Shown here one piece after another: positions 18,353-28,486 of a stretch of DNA of 64,000 nucleotides. The DNA comes from Candidatus Poseidoniales archaeon. GTDB lineage: Archaea; Thermoplasmatota; Poseidoniia; Poseidoniales; Poseidoniaceae. The notes beneath the pieces were generated by a model, which was given only the letters and a program-made list of their open reading frames with translations, made no database searches and was not told the DNA's origin. The stretch covers positions 44,044 through 108,043 of the forward strand of contig BOYQ01000006.1 of assembly GCA_019651595.1 (NCBI GenBank). The letters are read 5' to 3'. A program made the position numbers and the translations under genes. Positions within the stretch are counted from its first letter, which is position 1. Every line of letters starts with the position of its first letter.

Positions 18353-20073
18353 CGCAGGGCTTCGTGGATGCGTTCGGCCAGCGCCGGGCCGATGCCGGGC
18401 ACGGTGACGAGTTCCGAGACAGCGGCGTGCTCGATGCCTTTGCGTCCACCGAAATGTCGGAGCAAGGTTTGGAGTTTCTTGGCGCCGAGCCCCTCCACGC
18501 CCTCCAGCGGGTCGGCCAGACGAGTTCGACTGCGTCGTTTGCGGTGGAAGGTGTTGACGAAGCGGTGGGCTTCGTCGCGAGCGTGAACCAGCACGCGGCC
18601 TGCACGGTCGAGCACGAGCGGGTCGTGGCCGTAGCGGAAGACGGTCTCCTCGCGCTTGGCAAGGGCCGCCAGCGGGAATCGGTCAGCCCAACCGTGCTCC
18701 TCAAGGGCCTGCTGAATGGTGCTCAGGTGGGTTTCACCGCCGTCGATGAGCAGCAGGTCCGGCCATTCTTCCTGGCGCTTCGCCCACCGAACGACGACTT
18801 CCTTCATCATTCGTAAATCGTCAAGAGCATCGCCTTTGACGATGTACTTCCTGTACTCGCTCTTGGCCGGTCGGCCGTTGCGCATCACCACGCTTGCTCC
18901 GACGCGTTCGTCGCCCTGGAGTTGCGCCATGTCGAAACAGACGATGTGGTCGAGTTGGTTCATGCCCAGGGTCTTGGCGCCCTCATCAGCGGCCCGTTGC
19001 TCGAGCGAGCCGCTGGATTTGTTGGCCATGCGTTGCAGTTGAATCTCGGCGTTTTGGCGAGCCAAGGTCGCCAGGTTTTCCAAATCGCCGCGCTGCGGCG
19101 TTCGAACCTCGACGGACGAGCCTCGTCGCTCGTCCAACCACGACTGGAGGCCGTCAAAAACGGGCACGGGCGAGAGCAGTAATCGAGGCGGCGTGCGGTG
19201 GGCGTAGTGTTCGGCGATGAACATCGAGACGGTTTCACCCAGGTCGCCGCGATGAACCGCCGGCCAGGCTTCCTGACCTTGCACGACGCCTTCGTCGGCG
19301 TGGAGGACGACCAGGGCTGCCAAGTCCCCTTCATGGGCAATGCCGATGGCGTCGCAGTCCCGGTAGACCTTGCTGGACACGACGTGTTGGCTCGTCGTCG
19401 CACGAACGGCTCGAATCATGTCGCGGTGTTGGGCGGCCACCTCGTAGGCTTGCGTCTCCGAGGCCGCTTCCATCTCGGCGACCAATTCTTCGAGCAGGGG
19501 TGCAGCGTCGCCGTTGAGCACCCGGCGGACGGTTTTCACCCGTTCGTCGTACCCCGTCCCGTCAATGCACGGCCCGGCGCACAGGCCGATGTGCATGGAC
19601 AGACAGCCTTGGGGAAGCAATTCCTTGCAGTCGCGGATGCCAAACTGCCGTCGAAGGAGCTGCATCACCTGCTTGGCGGCGCCGGCGTTGGGGAAGGGCC
19701 CCCATTGTTGAGCGGATTTTGGCGGCCGCCGCGTGTACATGATGCGGGGGTATTCTTCGTTCGTCATGGCGAGGTAGGGGAAGGATTTCCCGTCCTTGAG
19801 CATGGAATTGAACCGCGGCATGTGCTCGCGAATCAACTGTCGCTCGAGGATGAGGGCGGCTTGGGGGGTTTGGGTGACGATGCACTCGATGTCGTCGGCG
19901 CGCTCCACCAGTTCGGGGATCATGTGGCGGTCGGGGTTGCTGGCAAAGTAAGAGCGGATGCGCTCGTTGAGGCGCGTGGCTTTTCCAACGTAGAGCACCC
20001 GTCCTTGTGCGTTTTTGAACAGGTAGACGCCCGGTTCGTGTGGGAGGTCGGCCGAAGCCAAATCCACGGGCAT
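18349..20073 (-). CDS. uvrC: excinuclease ABC subunit C
   Basis: GIY-YIG motif (GVYLFKNAQGRVLYVGKATRLNERIRSYF), UvrC middle domain and C-terminal (HhH)2 (VPGIGPALAERI). Start chosen at MPVDLAS (20073). Confidence 0.9.
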   Translation of the reverse strand: MPVDLASADLPHEPGVYLFKNAQGRVLYVGKATRLNERIRSYFASNPDRHMIPELVERADDIECIVTQTPQAALILERQLIREHMPRFNSMLKDGKSFPYLAMTNEEYPRIMYTRRPPKSAQQWGPFPNAGAAKQVMQLLRRQFGIRDCKELLPQGCLSMHIGLCAGPCIDGTGYDERVKTVRRVLNGDAAPLLEELVAEMEAASETQAYEVAAQHRDMIRAVRATTSQHVVSSKVYRDCDAIGIAHEGDLAALVVLHADEGVVQGQEAWPAVHRGDLGETVSMFIAEHYAHRTPPRLLLSPVPVFDGLQSWLDERRGSSVEVRTPQRGDLENLATLARQNAEIQLQRMANKSSGSLEQRAADEGAKTLGMNQLDHIVCFDMAQLQGDERVGASVVMRNGRPAKSEYRKYIVKGDALDDLRMMKEVVVRWAKRQEEWPDLLLIDGGETHLSTIQQALEEHGWADRFPLAALAKREETVFRYGHDPLVLDRAGRVLVHARDEAHRFVNTFHRKRRSRTRLADPLEGVEGLGAKKLQTLLRHFGGRKGIEHAAVSELVTVPGIGPALAERIHEALR

Positions 20074-20180
20074 GCCGACACCACGCCTGCCATGACTCAA
20101 AAGGGCAACCCTGTCTCCCCGCAGGCACAACCTTGGGGATGATTGATGAAGGAGGCGGCCGAGCGTTTCCTGTCGTTCCC

Positions 20181-22352
20181 ATGCTGAGCCGAAGCCAGGA
20201 GAAACTCTTGCGCTACCTCGGGGGATTCCCCGATGCTCTTTCCCAGGCATGGGACGTTCCTCGGGAGGTCTCTTTGCCGGGGTTATCGGACGCCATGGGC
20301 GTCGTTCGTTCCGGCCTCAACCAGCCGCTGAAGGCCCTCTTGGACGCTGCATACATCTCGGTTCGCGTGGCGCACGTCATCGGTGGTGGCGCTCGCCGCA
20401 GGCAGGTGTATCACATCACTGAATCCGGTCGTCGATGGCTGCATGAACACCCTGAGGAAGCCACCAAAGCCAGCACGGCGACCGCATCCAAGGCGCCGCC
20501 GACCACGGCTCTCGTGGGCCGTCAAGCGGAACTTGAGACCCTAACGAACCTGCTCGAAGAGCACGGCCACGCGCTGGTGGGGGGTCTTTCGGGTGTCGGA
20601 AAGACGACGCTTCTGCGAGCGTGGGCGGCTCGGCAAGAAATGGATGTTCGATGGGCAACCGTGGACCAACTCAGCGACGCTGTCGCTCTTGTTGCTCAGT
20701 GGACAAACGGAGCCGAACCGATTCCCGAGGATCTCGAGGCCATGGTGGAGCACCTTGACGTCAGCGGCCCGACCGTGTTGGTGGTGGACGACGTTCATCG
20801 CGTGGACCCACGGCATCAATCGACGGTGGCCGACCTCCTCGATGGGTTACTGGGACGAGGGCATCGTCTGCTGTTGGGCGGCCGGTTACCGGTCCCCGAC
20901 CGGTTTGACTGGCCGTTGCTCCGACTTGGAACACTTCCGGCAGAGGAAGCCGCGACCCTCCTCGGTGAGCACCTCGACGAGGTCACCCGCCTTGACGTGG
21001 CCAAAGCCCTTGACGGTCATCCGATGGCCCTGAATCTCTACCGAGAGGGCGACCCCCTCCCTGAGGCAGGTGCCGACATTCAAGCCTTTGTCGAACAGAC
21101 CATGCTCGACGGTCTGAGCGACGATGCGCTCGAATCGCTTGATGACATGGTGCTTTTTCCACGCCCTCTCCCTTCCGATGAAATCCGTGGAGGGGATCAC
21201 ATCGGTGAACTTGACGAACGTGCTTTGCTCCGCTGGTCGACCAACAACGAGGCGGTCGAAGTGCAACATCTCATCCGCAACGTACGCCGAACGATGCTCG
21301 ACGAGGGGCGACTCTTGGCCCTCCATCGTCGAGCAGCCGACCACTGGGAAGCCCACCTTGCGACCCCTGCCTATGCCGTGCTTCACCTCTATCATCGACT
21401 TGCCCTCGAAGAGGAGGGCCTCGAGGAGATTCTGGCGACCCAGTTTGATCGGTTGATGGTCGACCAAGGCGGTGCTTTGGCCGTCATCTTCGACCGTGCG
21501 ACCCAGCAGCGGCCCGAGGATGAGCAGTTGCACTACTGGGCCGGGCGTATCGCCCTCCACCGTCAAGAAACGCCCAACGTTCGCGAACACCTGGCGTCCG
21601 TCCGCTCCGAGGGGTTGCGTCGAGAACTGGCACACGGGCTCGCCGTGCTGGAGGGCGACACCGATGAAGCGGACCGTTTACTCAACCTCCAACTCGACCA
21701 AGGCGGTGCCGAGGACGGTGCGCGTTGGCTGCTGAAGGCCGCTGTTCAACGCTTGGAAGACCGTCTGTTTGACGAAAAGAACCTACCTGACCTGGCCGCC
21801 GTCCAACGGATGCTTCAACAAATTCAGCTCCCTGAACGTCTCGAACTTCGCTCCTCGATGACCGTGAGCATGAGCCTCGTGCAGCACACGATGGCGCTTC
21901 TCGACGGTGACCGCGAGCGTGCAGAAGCCTTGGTGGAAGGCCTCGAGTCGCTGTCGCATCCCCTCGACCCGATTGTGCTTCGTGCCCGATTCAAAGCCAT
22001 GTTGGCGTTCAACGAAGCTCCTGATACGCATCAGGCAACCTACGAGAAAACGCTGGCTGCGCAGCCGAGTGCGTTCCATCGTGGCGCCGTGGGCTTGACG
22101 TACGCCGAACACCTTGTCCTGCATCAACGCCCTGAGGCACGAGCCCTGTTCGCCTCGCTTCCATCGCCCGACACGTGGTCTGAAACGGGCACGCCTCAAC
22201 ATCGGTACGCCGCACGGTGGTGGTACCTCAAAGGCCACGTTGACCCGTCCTCCGCTGCGGCAGCGCTTCGAGAGTCAGCCCGTTGGTTCCGTCAAGCGGG
22301 CTGCGTGGAGGCAGCAAAAGCGGCGGCTCGTCGGTTGCACCGCGTTCTGTAG
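20181..22352 (+). CDS. wHTH - NB-ARC/STAND P-loop ATPase - TPR-like helical repeat regulator
   Basis: N-terminal winged helix (RRRQVYHITESGRRWL). Walker A GGLSGVGKTTLL, Walker B VLVVDDVH, LGTLPAEEAATLL, and a GxP-like motif DGHPMALNL. A long alpha-helical repeat region follows. Confidence 0.75.
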   Translation: MLSRSQEKLLRYLGGFPDALSQAWDVPREVSLPGLSDAMGVVRSGLNQPLKALLDAAYISVRVAHVIGGGARRRQVYHITESGRRWLHEHPEEATKASTATASKAPPTTALVGRQAELETLTNLLEEHGHALVGGLSGVGKTTLLRAWAARQEMDVRWATVDQLSDAVALVAQWTNGAEPIPEDLEAMVEHLDVSGPTVLVVDDVHRVDPRHQSTVADLLDGLLGRGHRLLLGGRLPVPDRFDWPLLRLGTLPAEEAATLLGEHLDEVTRLDVAKALDGHPMALNLYREGDPLPEAGADIQAFVEQTMLDGLSDDALESLDDMVLFPRPLPSDEIRGGDHIGELDERALLRWSTNNEAVEVQHLIRNVRRTMLDEGRLLALHRRAADHWEAHLATPAYAVLHLYHRLALEEEGLEEILATQFDRLMVDQGGALAVIFDRATQQRPEDEQLHYWAGRIALHRQETPNVREHLASVRSEGLRRELAHGLAVLEGDTDEADRLLNLQLDQGGAEDGARWLLKAAVQRLEDRLFDEKNLPDLAAVQRMLQQIQLPERLELRSSMTVSMSLVQHTMALLDGDRERAEALVEGLESLSHPLDPIVLRARFKAMLAFNEAPDTHQATYEKTLAAQPSAFHRGAVGLTYAEHLVLHQRPEARALFASLPSPDTWSETGTPQHRYAARWWYLKGHVDPSSAAAALRESARWFRQAGCVEAAKAAARRLHRVL

Positions 22353-22356
22353 GCTC

Positions 22357-22590
22357 TCAGAGTTCTGCCCCGATGAGGGTCTTCGTGTCCTTGATGCCCG
22401 GAAGTTGCCGAATTTCTTCCACGATGCACTGCGTGAGGGCGAACTCCTCGTCCGCCTGCACTCGCGCGATGAGGTCGTATTCCCCGAACAGCATCCAGTG
22501 GTCGGTCACCAAACTGACACCGGAAAGGGCTTCTCGAACGGCGGCTTCCTGCCCCGGAAGCGTGGTCATCAGGACAAATCCAATCGCCAT
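22357..22590 (-). CDS. stand-alone Lrp/AsnC ligand-binding (RAM) domain protein, no HTH
   Basis: 77 aa. The pattern ...VTDHWMLFGEYDLIARVQA...IRQLPGIKDTKTLI is typical of a RAM domain. Confidence 0.7.
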   Translation of the reverse strand: MAIGFVLMTTLPGQEAAVREALSGVSLVTDHWMLFGEYDLIARVQADEEFALTQCIVEEIRQLPGIKDTKTLIGAEL

Positions 22591-22594
22591 GATG

Positions 22595-22831
22595 TCAGGC
22601 CTCCACGGCGATCAGCGTCTGGGTTTCCTTCACGCCATCGATGCGGCGGAAGGATTCCATCAAGAGGTGAGAGAGTTCTTTCGAAGTGGGTGAGCTGATG
22701 CGGACCAGCAAGTCAAATTCCCCGTACAGGGCGTGCACTTCGGCCACACCCTCGTGGTCGCTGAGGGTGAGGTAAACCTCCCGCTCATGCGTTGGTTCGG
22801 TCTTGAACAGCACAAACGCTTCGGGCATCAA
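22595..22831 (-). CDS. stand-alone Lrp/AsnC ligand-binding (RAM) domain protein, no HTH
   Basis: 78 aa. ...VAEVHALYGEFDLLVRISS...FRRIDGVKETQTLI. It lies 4 nt upstream of its paralogue. Confidence 0.7.
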   Translation of the reverse strand: MMPEAFVLFKTEPTHEREVYLTLSDHEGVAEVHALYGEFDLLVRISSPTSKELSHLLMESFRRIDGVKETQTLIAVEA

Positions 22832-22928
22832 TCGCTGGATTCCAAATCGGGTCTTATGGGTTCCTGCACAATTTCAACGGTCACATCGGGGGGGACCTTT
22901 GAAGAAGGACAGCGGTTTGCTTTGGCGT

Positions 22929-25900
22929 ATGAACCAAGGAGCCACGGTGAGGACGGCCTTGTGCCTTGTCCTGCTGTTTCTCCTTCCGCTGGCCATGCAC
23001 ACCGTCCCCCCAACACAACTTGGAGGGGAGTCAAAGCAACCGGTTGAGGAAGCGCAGGGTCGCGCCCAAACCACCTGGTCGGGCACGCAAACCCTCACCG
23101 GCACCTACACCATCGGCGTGGCCGATGAGGTCATCATACAACCTTGCACGGTGGTCCGTCTTCCTGCCAACGAGCGAATCGTCGTTGACGGTCGCTTGAC
23201 CGTGCTGGGCACGCAGTCCTGCCCTGTGGTCCTCGAGGCCTCGGGACTTGGCGATCACGAGGGAATTCAATTCAATGCCTCCTCGTCGGGTCGCGGCTCA
23301 CTCGTGCAAAACCTCACCATTGAGGACGCCATCTACGGGGTCACCGTCTACGGGTCAAACCCCGTGATGGAGAACCTGACCGTGGTCAACCCCGACCGCG
23401 TGGCCGTGGACCTGTTTTCATCGGCTGCGCCGCGCATCACCGACTTGTTCGTTGACCAGGCAGGGCGCGACCTTGGTTTTCAAGCAGACTGGCGCTACGG
23501 CCTCGGTCTCTCGGTGGGCGCCGGCTCAACCCCCATCGTAAAGCGGGCCGTCTTTTCCGATATCCTGACGCGTGCGGTCAACATCTGGGGTGGCTCGGGT
23601 GGACTGATTCAGGGCATCACCATTGACAACTGCACGGGGTCTTCGTGGGCCATGGTGGCCGGTATTTGGGTGGAGGACAGCCAGCCCTTGCTCACCAACA
23701 TTTCGATTTCATCGTCCGATACGGGCATCGTGATTCGCCACATCGACGACGGTGGCTACACCCATGCCGTCGTTCGCAATGCGCACATCAGCGATTCCAT
23801 GTACCGTGGCGTGTACGTGGACAAAAACAACCACACGAACTACACGAATTACGAAACCGCCGACTTCACCAACTTGACCATCACCGGCACCGGCGGGCCG
23901 GACGCCAAGACGCCCAACATCGGCTACGCTGCCTTGGAGGTCAACGCCACCGGTGCGTGGTTCGACGACACCCTCATCGAAGATTCCACGACCGTGGGTG
24001 TTCGTCTTTACTTCGTGGATTCCAGCACCACCTTCCGCAACTTGACCGTGCGAAATTCCGGCGACCCAGGTCAAGGTCCGCACGAAGCAGGCGTCGCGAT
24101 TCGCTCGTCCTTCTTCGCCCCGACCTTTGACGGGCTTGAAGTCTCAGGATCGGTCGGGCCCGGCGTCCACTCCACCTCGGGTGGTGCCATGCAGGGCAGC
24201 GATTGGGTGCTGCACAACAACACCAAGCAGGGCGTCATCGTTGACCGAGCCACCGTGGTCGTCGAGGGTATGCATTTGGCCAACAACGGCTATTCGGCGG
24301 CCCACGTGCTCGACGCAAGGCGCATTGATTTCTGGAACCTGACCGCTGAAAACAACGGCGCTTCACCTTCGGCAACGGTTGAGGAACAAGCGGGCCTGTA
24401 TTACTTTGAATCGAACAACGTTGAGTCCGCTTCCGGTGATGTCCGATGCCGTAACTGCAGCATCAGCGGCTCGACGGGGCAGGGCCTCTTGGCCGTCAAC
24501 TCGGTTGACCTCTGGCTGGAAGGACTTCATCTCGAGGACAACAACCCGACCATGCCCGCCTTCGAAGTTGACAACGGCGATACCATGCCGGGCGGAGCGA
24601 GCGGCCGAGTGCAGGTGACCAACGCTCACGTCGAGGCGGAAACCCCCGGTCAGCCAGCGGTGAAATTTCATCGAGCAGCGGTCGAAGTCAACGGCTTGAC
24701 CATGGCCGGAAACCACAGCGGACTGGAATGGCGAGGCGACAACAACGGCCAGTTCCCCTCCTACCTCAACAATTCGGTGTTGTCTGGGACGCAATGCGTG
24801 TTGCTCGAGGGACACCCCTCGCTCAACGGCCACGGCAATCGAATTTCATCAGCGTGCACCGGCAGCATCACCCTCACCGACAGTCAAGTGAACTGGTCGG
24901 GGCTTATCGACGACCGTGCCGGTTCAGGCAGCCCAACGGTGCTGAATTTGGACGCCACCTCCAACCTGCACCTTCACCAACCCGTCAACGTTTCAGCCGC
25001 TTCAGCAACCTTGGCCAACGGGGCCACCCTCGACGTGGCTTGGGACTTGTCGGTGTGGGTCGTCAACAACTACTCCAACGGCATACCGGGGGCTTCGGTG
25101 AACGTCACGTTCACGTCCTTTGAACCGTCCATCACCGTGCCAACCGGAAACGATGGGAACCTGTTCCTGCCCGACTTCATCAGCCAGCGTTGGACCGCCT
25201 CGGGGGCCAGCGCTCTCAACACGGTGCAGGTGGATTGCGGTTATTTCAGCGTGGAGAACACCACCACGGCGACGTTTGGTGGCGACCTGGTGGTCTACTG
25301 CCACCTTCCACTGTCGAATCAAGCCCCGTTTATCTACTGGACATCCCCCGAGGACGGAGCGGTCTTCCCGTCGGGGGGAGAGGTGTTCTTCAACGCCAGC
25401 GATTCGTGGGATTTGGACAACGATGCCTTGACCTTCAAATGGCGAAGTTCGCTTGACGACGACATCGTTGCAGGGTGTTCAGGTGTCTTCAGCAGCAACG
25501 ACGATCCCGCCGGAGGCGCCCCCTTCTTCGTCAACGGGGATGCCTCCACACAGAACCCACCGTACTGCCAACTCTCCGACGGCATTCACGAAATCAGTCT
25601 CCAAGTGTGCGACATCGCTCATTGCGTGGAGGAAATACGAACCATTGAACTGGTCAATTTCGCACCGGTGCTGGTGGTTGACTTCGAACCTGCCCTCAAC
25701 CCGTGGAGCGAACTCATCATGCCGCAAACGGGCACCGTCACCATCAACACCACAGGCACCTACGACCCAGAGGGCGACAACTTCGCTTGCATCATCAAGT
25801 TCAGCGGATACAACCGTCAGGGCTCCGGCTGGGGCAACCAGTGGGGATGTCCCGAGGAACTCATCTACACCTTCGACCACGTCGACGACGATCCCCCCAC

Positions 25901-26492
25901 TTCCTTCACCATGACCGTATCGGCTTGGGACGAGGTCGGCAACAACGCCACCTACAGCGTCCCCGTGATGCTCTACAACGAAATTCCCGACCCGGTCTTC
26001 ACGGTGAACCGTTCGTCCACTGCGAGCGAGGCCCTCGTGACCCTCGACGGAAGTGCCACCGTGGACCCCGAGGGCGATGCGCTCTCGGTCACCTACACTT
26101 CATCGCTTGACGGGGTGCTTCAGGTCGGTTCGGACTTGGTCTGGGAAGGCCACCTTTCTCGCGGCGTCCACACCATCACGATGGAGGTCACCGACGACCG
26201 TGCTGAGCACGCCAACCAAAGCAAATCCAATTCCATCCTGCTCACGGTCGACAACGCCGAGCCCGTGGCGGTCATTGCTTCACCGCCGGCCCCACCTTCG
26301 ACGCCCCGGGAATTGTTTCCTTCTCTCCCACGGTTCAGGCGACTACGATGCCGCCTGTTCCCCCTTCCCCAGGGAAAGGTGTGGGTCTGCCCCAGGGCTG
26401 AACCGGCCACCTTGGGAAATTTCCCTCGTATTCCTGGACGAGCAACCTGGAGGGCCCGATTGACGCCTGAAGGCGAAGCTGGTTTTTTTTGA
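22929..26492 (+). CDS. very large secreted right-handed beta-helix (PbH1) + PKD/Ig-like repeat protein; 3' end runs into the low-quality block
   Basis: Signal peptide MNQGATVRTALCLVLLFLLPLA. Repeated NLT[IV]...V..Y/G..V beta-helix rungs. At least 3 PKD-like modules (DxDxDALTFKW, DPEGDALSVTY, GVHTITMEVTD). N-x-S/T sequons are numerous. Interpretable only to about 26285. Confidence 0.8.
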   Translation: MNQGATVRTALCLVLLFLLPLAMHTVPPTQLGGESKQPVEEAQGRAQTTWSGTQTLTGTYTIGVADEVIIQPCTVVRLPANERIVVDGRLTVLGTQSCPVVLEASGLGDHEGIQFNASSSGRGSLVQNLTIEDAIYGVTVYGSNPVMENLTVVNPDRVAVDLFSSAAPRITDLFVDQAGRDLGFQADWRYGLGLSVGAGSTPIVKRAVFSDILTRAVNIWGGSGGLIQGITIDNCTGSSWAMVAGIWVEDSQPLLTNISISSSDTGIVIRHIDDGGYTHAVVRNAHISDSMYRGVYVDKNNHTNYTNYETADFTNLTITGTGGPDAKTPNIGYAALEVNATGAWFDDTLIEDSTTVGVRLYFVDSSTTFRNLTVRNSGDPGQGPHEAGVAIRSSFFAPTFDGLEVSGSVGPGVHSTSGGAMQGSDWVLHNNTKQGVIVDRATVVVEGMHLANNGYSAAHVLDARRIDFWNLTAENNGASPSATVEEQAGLYYFESNNVESASGDVRCRNCSISGSTGQGLLAVNSVDLWLEGLHLEDNNPTMPAFEVDNGDTMPGGASGRVQVTNAHVEAETPGQPAVKFHRAAVEVNGLTMAGNHSGLEWRGDNNGQFPSYLNNSVLSGTQCVLLEGHPSLNGHGNRISSACTGSITLTDSQVNWSGLIDDRAGSGSPTVLNLDATSNLHLHQPVNVSAASATLANGATLDVAWDLSVWVVNNYSNGIPGASVNVTFTSFEPSITVPTGNDGNLFLPDFISQRWTASGASALNTVQVDCGYFSVENTTTATFGGDLVVYCHLPLSNQAPFIYWTSPEDGAVFPSGGEVFFNASDSWDLDNDALTFKWRSSLDDDIVAGCSGVFSSNDDPAGGAPFFVNGDASTQNPPYCQLSDGIHEISLQVCDIAHCVEEIRTIELVNFAPVLVVDFEPALNPWSELIMPQTGTVTINTTGTYDPEGDNFACIIKFSGYNRQGSGWGNQWGCPEELIYTFDHVDDDPPTSFTMTVSAWDEVGNNATYSVPVMLYNEIPDPVFTVNRSSTASEALVTLDGSATVDPEGDALSVTYTSSLDGVLQVGSDLVWEGHLSRGVHTITMEVTDDRAEHANQSKSNSILLTVDNAEPVAVIASPPAPPSTPRELFPSLPRFRRLRCRLFPLPQGKVWVCPRAEPATLGNFPRIPGRATWRARLTPEGEAGFF

Positions 26493-28450
26493 AGGTGATT
26501 GAGCGCCGGGAACCGAGATCCCCTGAGCGTTGACGACGGCATCCACGAGCCCCCCGGCCACCCCAGCATCACGGTGCCATCCCCCCGGTGCTCGGTTTGG
26601 TCGGTCCCCCGGTACCGTTCACCTTTCTTCGACCCTTCATCTCGATGCTTCCGAAGGGCGTCGTTCGACGGCGACGACTTCACCATCCGTTGCGCTCATC
26701 ACAAACAAGCGGGGCCCGCTGCTGGTGGGCGCAAGAAACACGCCTTCACGCTGAACGCCGGCGAGCATCAGATGACCGTCACCTGACCGACAAACCGGTG
26801 CTTCGAGAGGGGGCTTTCCCCCGTGGTGGAATCGCGCCGGTTTTGGGTGTTGCCCCCCGGAAAACCGAAACCCATCGTTCCCGGTGGCCCCCTGGTGCTC
26901 GAGGAACCTCTACGACGCGAAACGTTTGACCGTGCGTGAATGGCGACGGTACGCTCCTGAACTCAGGGGCCCCGGGTGTTGCCGCTCAAAGGACGAACTC
27001 ACGGGTTTGTTGCCGGGAATCCCCCTCCCGCCTCGGGGAAAGACGCTCGGGAAACTCGGTTGAACACCGTAAAATACCATTCAATCGAGCCCCCCGTCAC
27101 TCGACCGAAATTCACTGGCCCGAACGCGGGGCTTTCCGGAAGAGCAAACTTCTGACCGTTGCATCGCCCTCCGACCCCGATGGCACCCGGATGACGTTCG
27201 GGTCAGCATCCCCTCGGCGTGCGCGGTGGGGGGCCAACCTCACCGATGAGGACGGCGACGGTGTGGGGGGAGGTTGCGAATGGCGCCCTAACCCCGGGCG
27301 TCCGCTGCTGGGGGGTGGCCAAAGGGCGGTGAGGGCGACCAAGCCAACATCGACTTCATGTCCGCCTGGTGGTCGAAGCACCCGAAGTGAAGGGGGCCTG
27401 CTCTGCCCGGGGGAGCGCTCGGCCCTGGTTCCCGCGGGGCTCGTGGCCTTCGTGGCAGCACGCCGCCGCCAGCACTCGAAATCGATTTGCTGACCTCTTG
27501 GGGGCCCCTTTAAGGCGCCACAAAAACGACCCGAAACCGACCAAAAGCCGGTCCCCCCCTCGAGAACGCCCTGGATGGAACCGAAGAGGGGCAGGGGGTG
27601 AACTGAGACGGGCTCGACCTTGATTTGGGTGAGATTTCACTTCGTTTGTTCAGGCAAGTCGCCGTTGTCGGGTCGGGTTGCTGTCCCAAACCCCCCCACG
27701 GCGTGCGGGGGCGGGGAAGGCCAAAACGGCGAGCAAAGAGGAATTTCAGGTTCTTCCATCCGTCGCCCCCCCGGGGAATCTGCTTCACCAACCCGAGGCC
27801 GGGAGGGGGCGGAGATTTCGATGGCTTTCTTTTTGCCAAGATGGCGGCGGGCGAGGGTTTTTGATCTCCTCCCGGCGGCATGCCGTCGTTGGTCGGGGGC
27901 ATTTTTTTGTTCTCAAAGACGGACTTGCGAAACACCCACATCCCTTTTGAGAATCTTTGTCCGTACCCAAACAGCATGCGAGCGGTGAAGGGGGACCCAG
28001 TTCCCAAAACCGTGGAGGCCCCACATGGACCGTCCTCGGCCAGTGAAAGACGGGCGGGTGATGAAATCCAAATCTTCCAGCAGCCGCTTTACGAGTTCGG
28101 GCACCAACTCGGCAGGGTAAAAGGGGCAGTCGGCGTCCATCGGAGTGATGTCGTTCTTGGCCCGTCAAAAAGGGGTTTGGTAAACGACCGTAGCCCTTTT
28201 GTGGTTCAGATGGGCGGAAATCCCTTCTCGGGGGGTTTCTGGTGGGTCGGACGAGTTGCCGTCAACAAACATGATCTCAAAGGGCTTGCCCCGCCACGGG
28301 GGCGTGATGGTCGGTCCCAAAGGGCCCTCCTCCTCGTTTCGCGTGGCAAAATACCGTGAAGGGGCGGGGAAAACATCGCCCATGCTGTGCGCCCAAGGTT
28401 GCCCCTTTAAAGGTTTGGCTGGAAGCGTGCTCGTCAACCGACGGCGGTCA
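26285..28450. other. low-quality sequence block (over-called homopolymers, with short cleaner islands)
   Basis: Stutter texture throughout. PKD-like remnants are visible on the + strand (...DGIHEPP..., HAFTLNAGEHQMTVT). A TM + RRRQ-like remnant lies near 27400-27480. GT2 remnants are visible on the - strand. Confidence 0.7.
27640..28383 (-). CDS. family-2 glycosyltransferase (Dpm1/AglJ-like), badly degraded by sequence errors; 3' end uncertain
   Basis: On the minus strand: ...RNEEEGPL..., KPFEIMFVDGNSSD (about 28245-28285) and MDADCPFYPAELVPELVKRLLEDLDF (starting 28140). These resemble the GT2 'VDDGSxD' and 'DADxxxxP' regions. Confidence 0.4.
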
Positions 28451-28486
28451 ATGACATTCAAATGGAGGTCCTTCGTGGTGCTTTCA

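Noticed and set aside
20074-20250. N-terminal extensions of ORF-track calls (uvrC to 20250, STAND from 20040, 9474-10844, photolyase from 38161, beta-helix from 22803)
   Set aside because: The extensions overlap neighbouring genes or lack protein-like composition. Internal starts coincide with the conserved N-termini or signal peptides.
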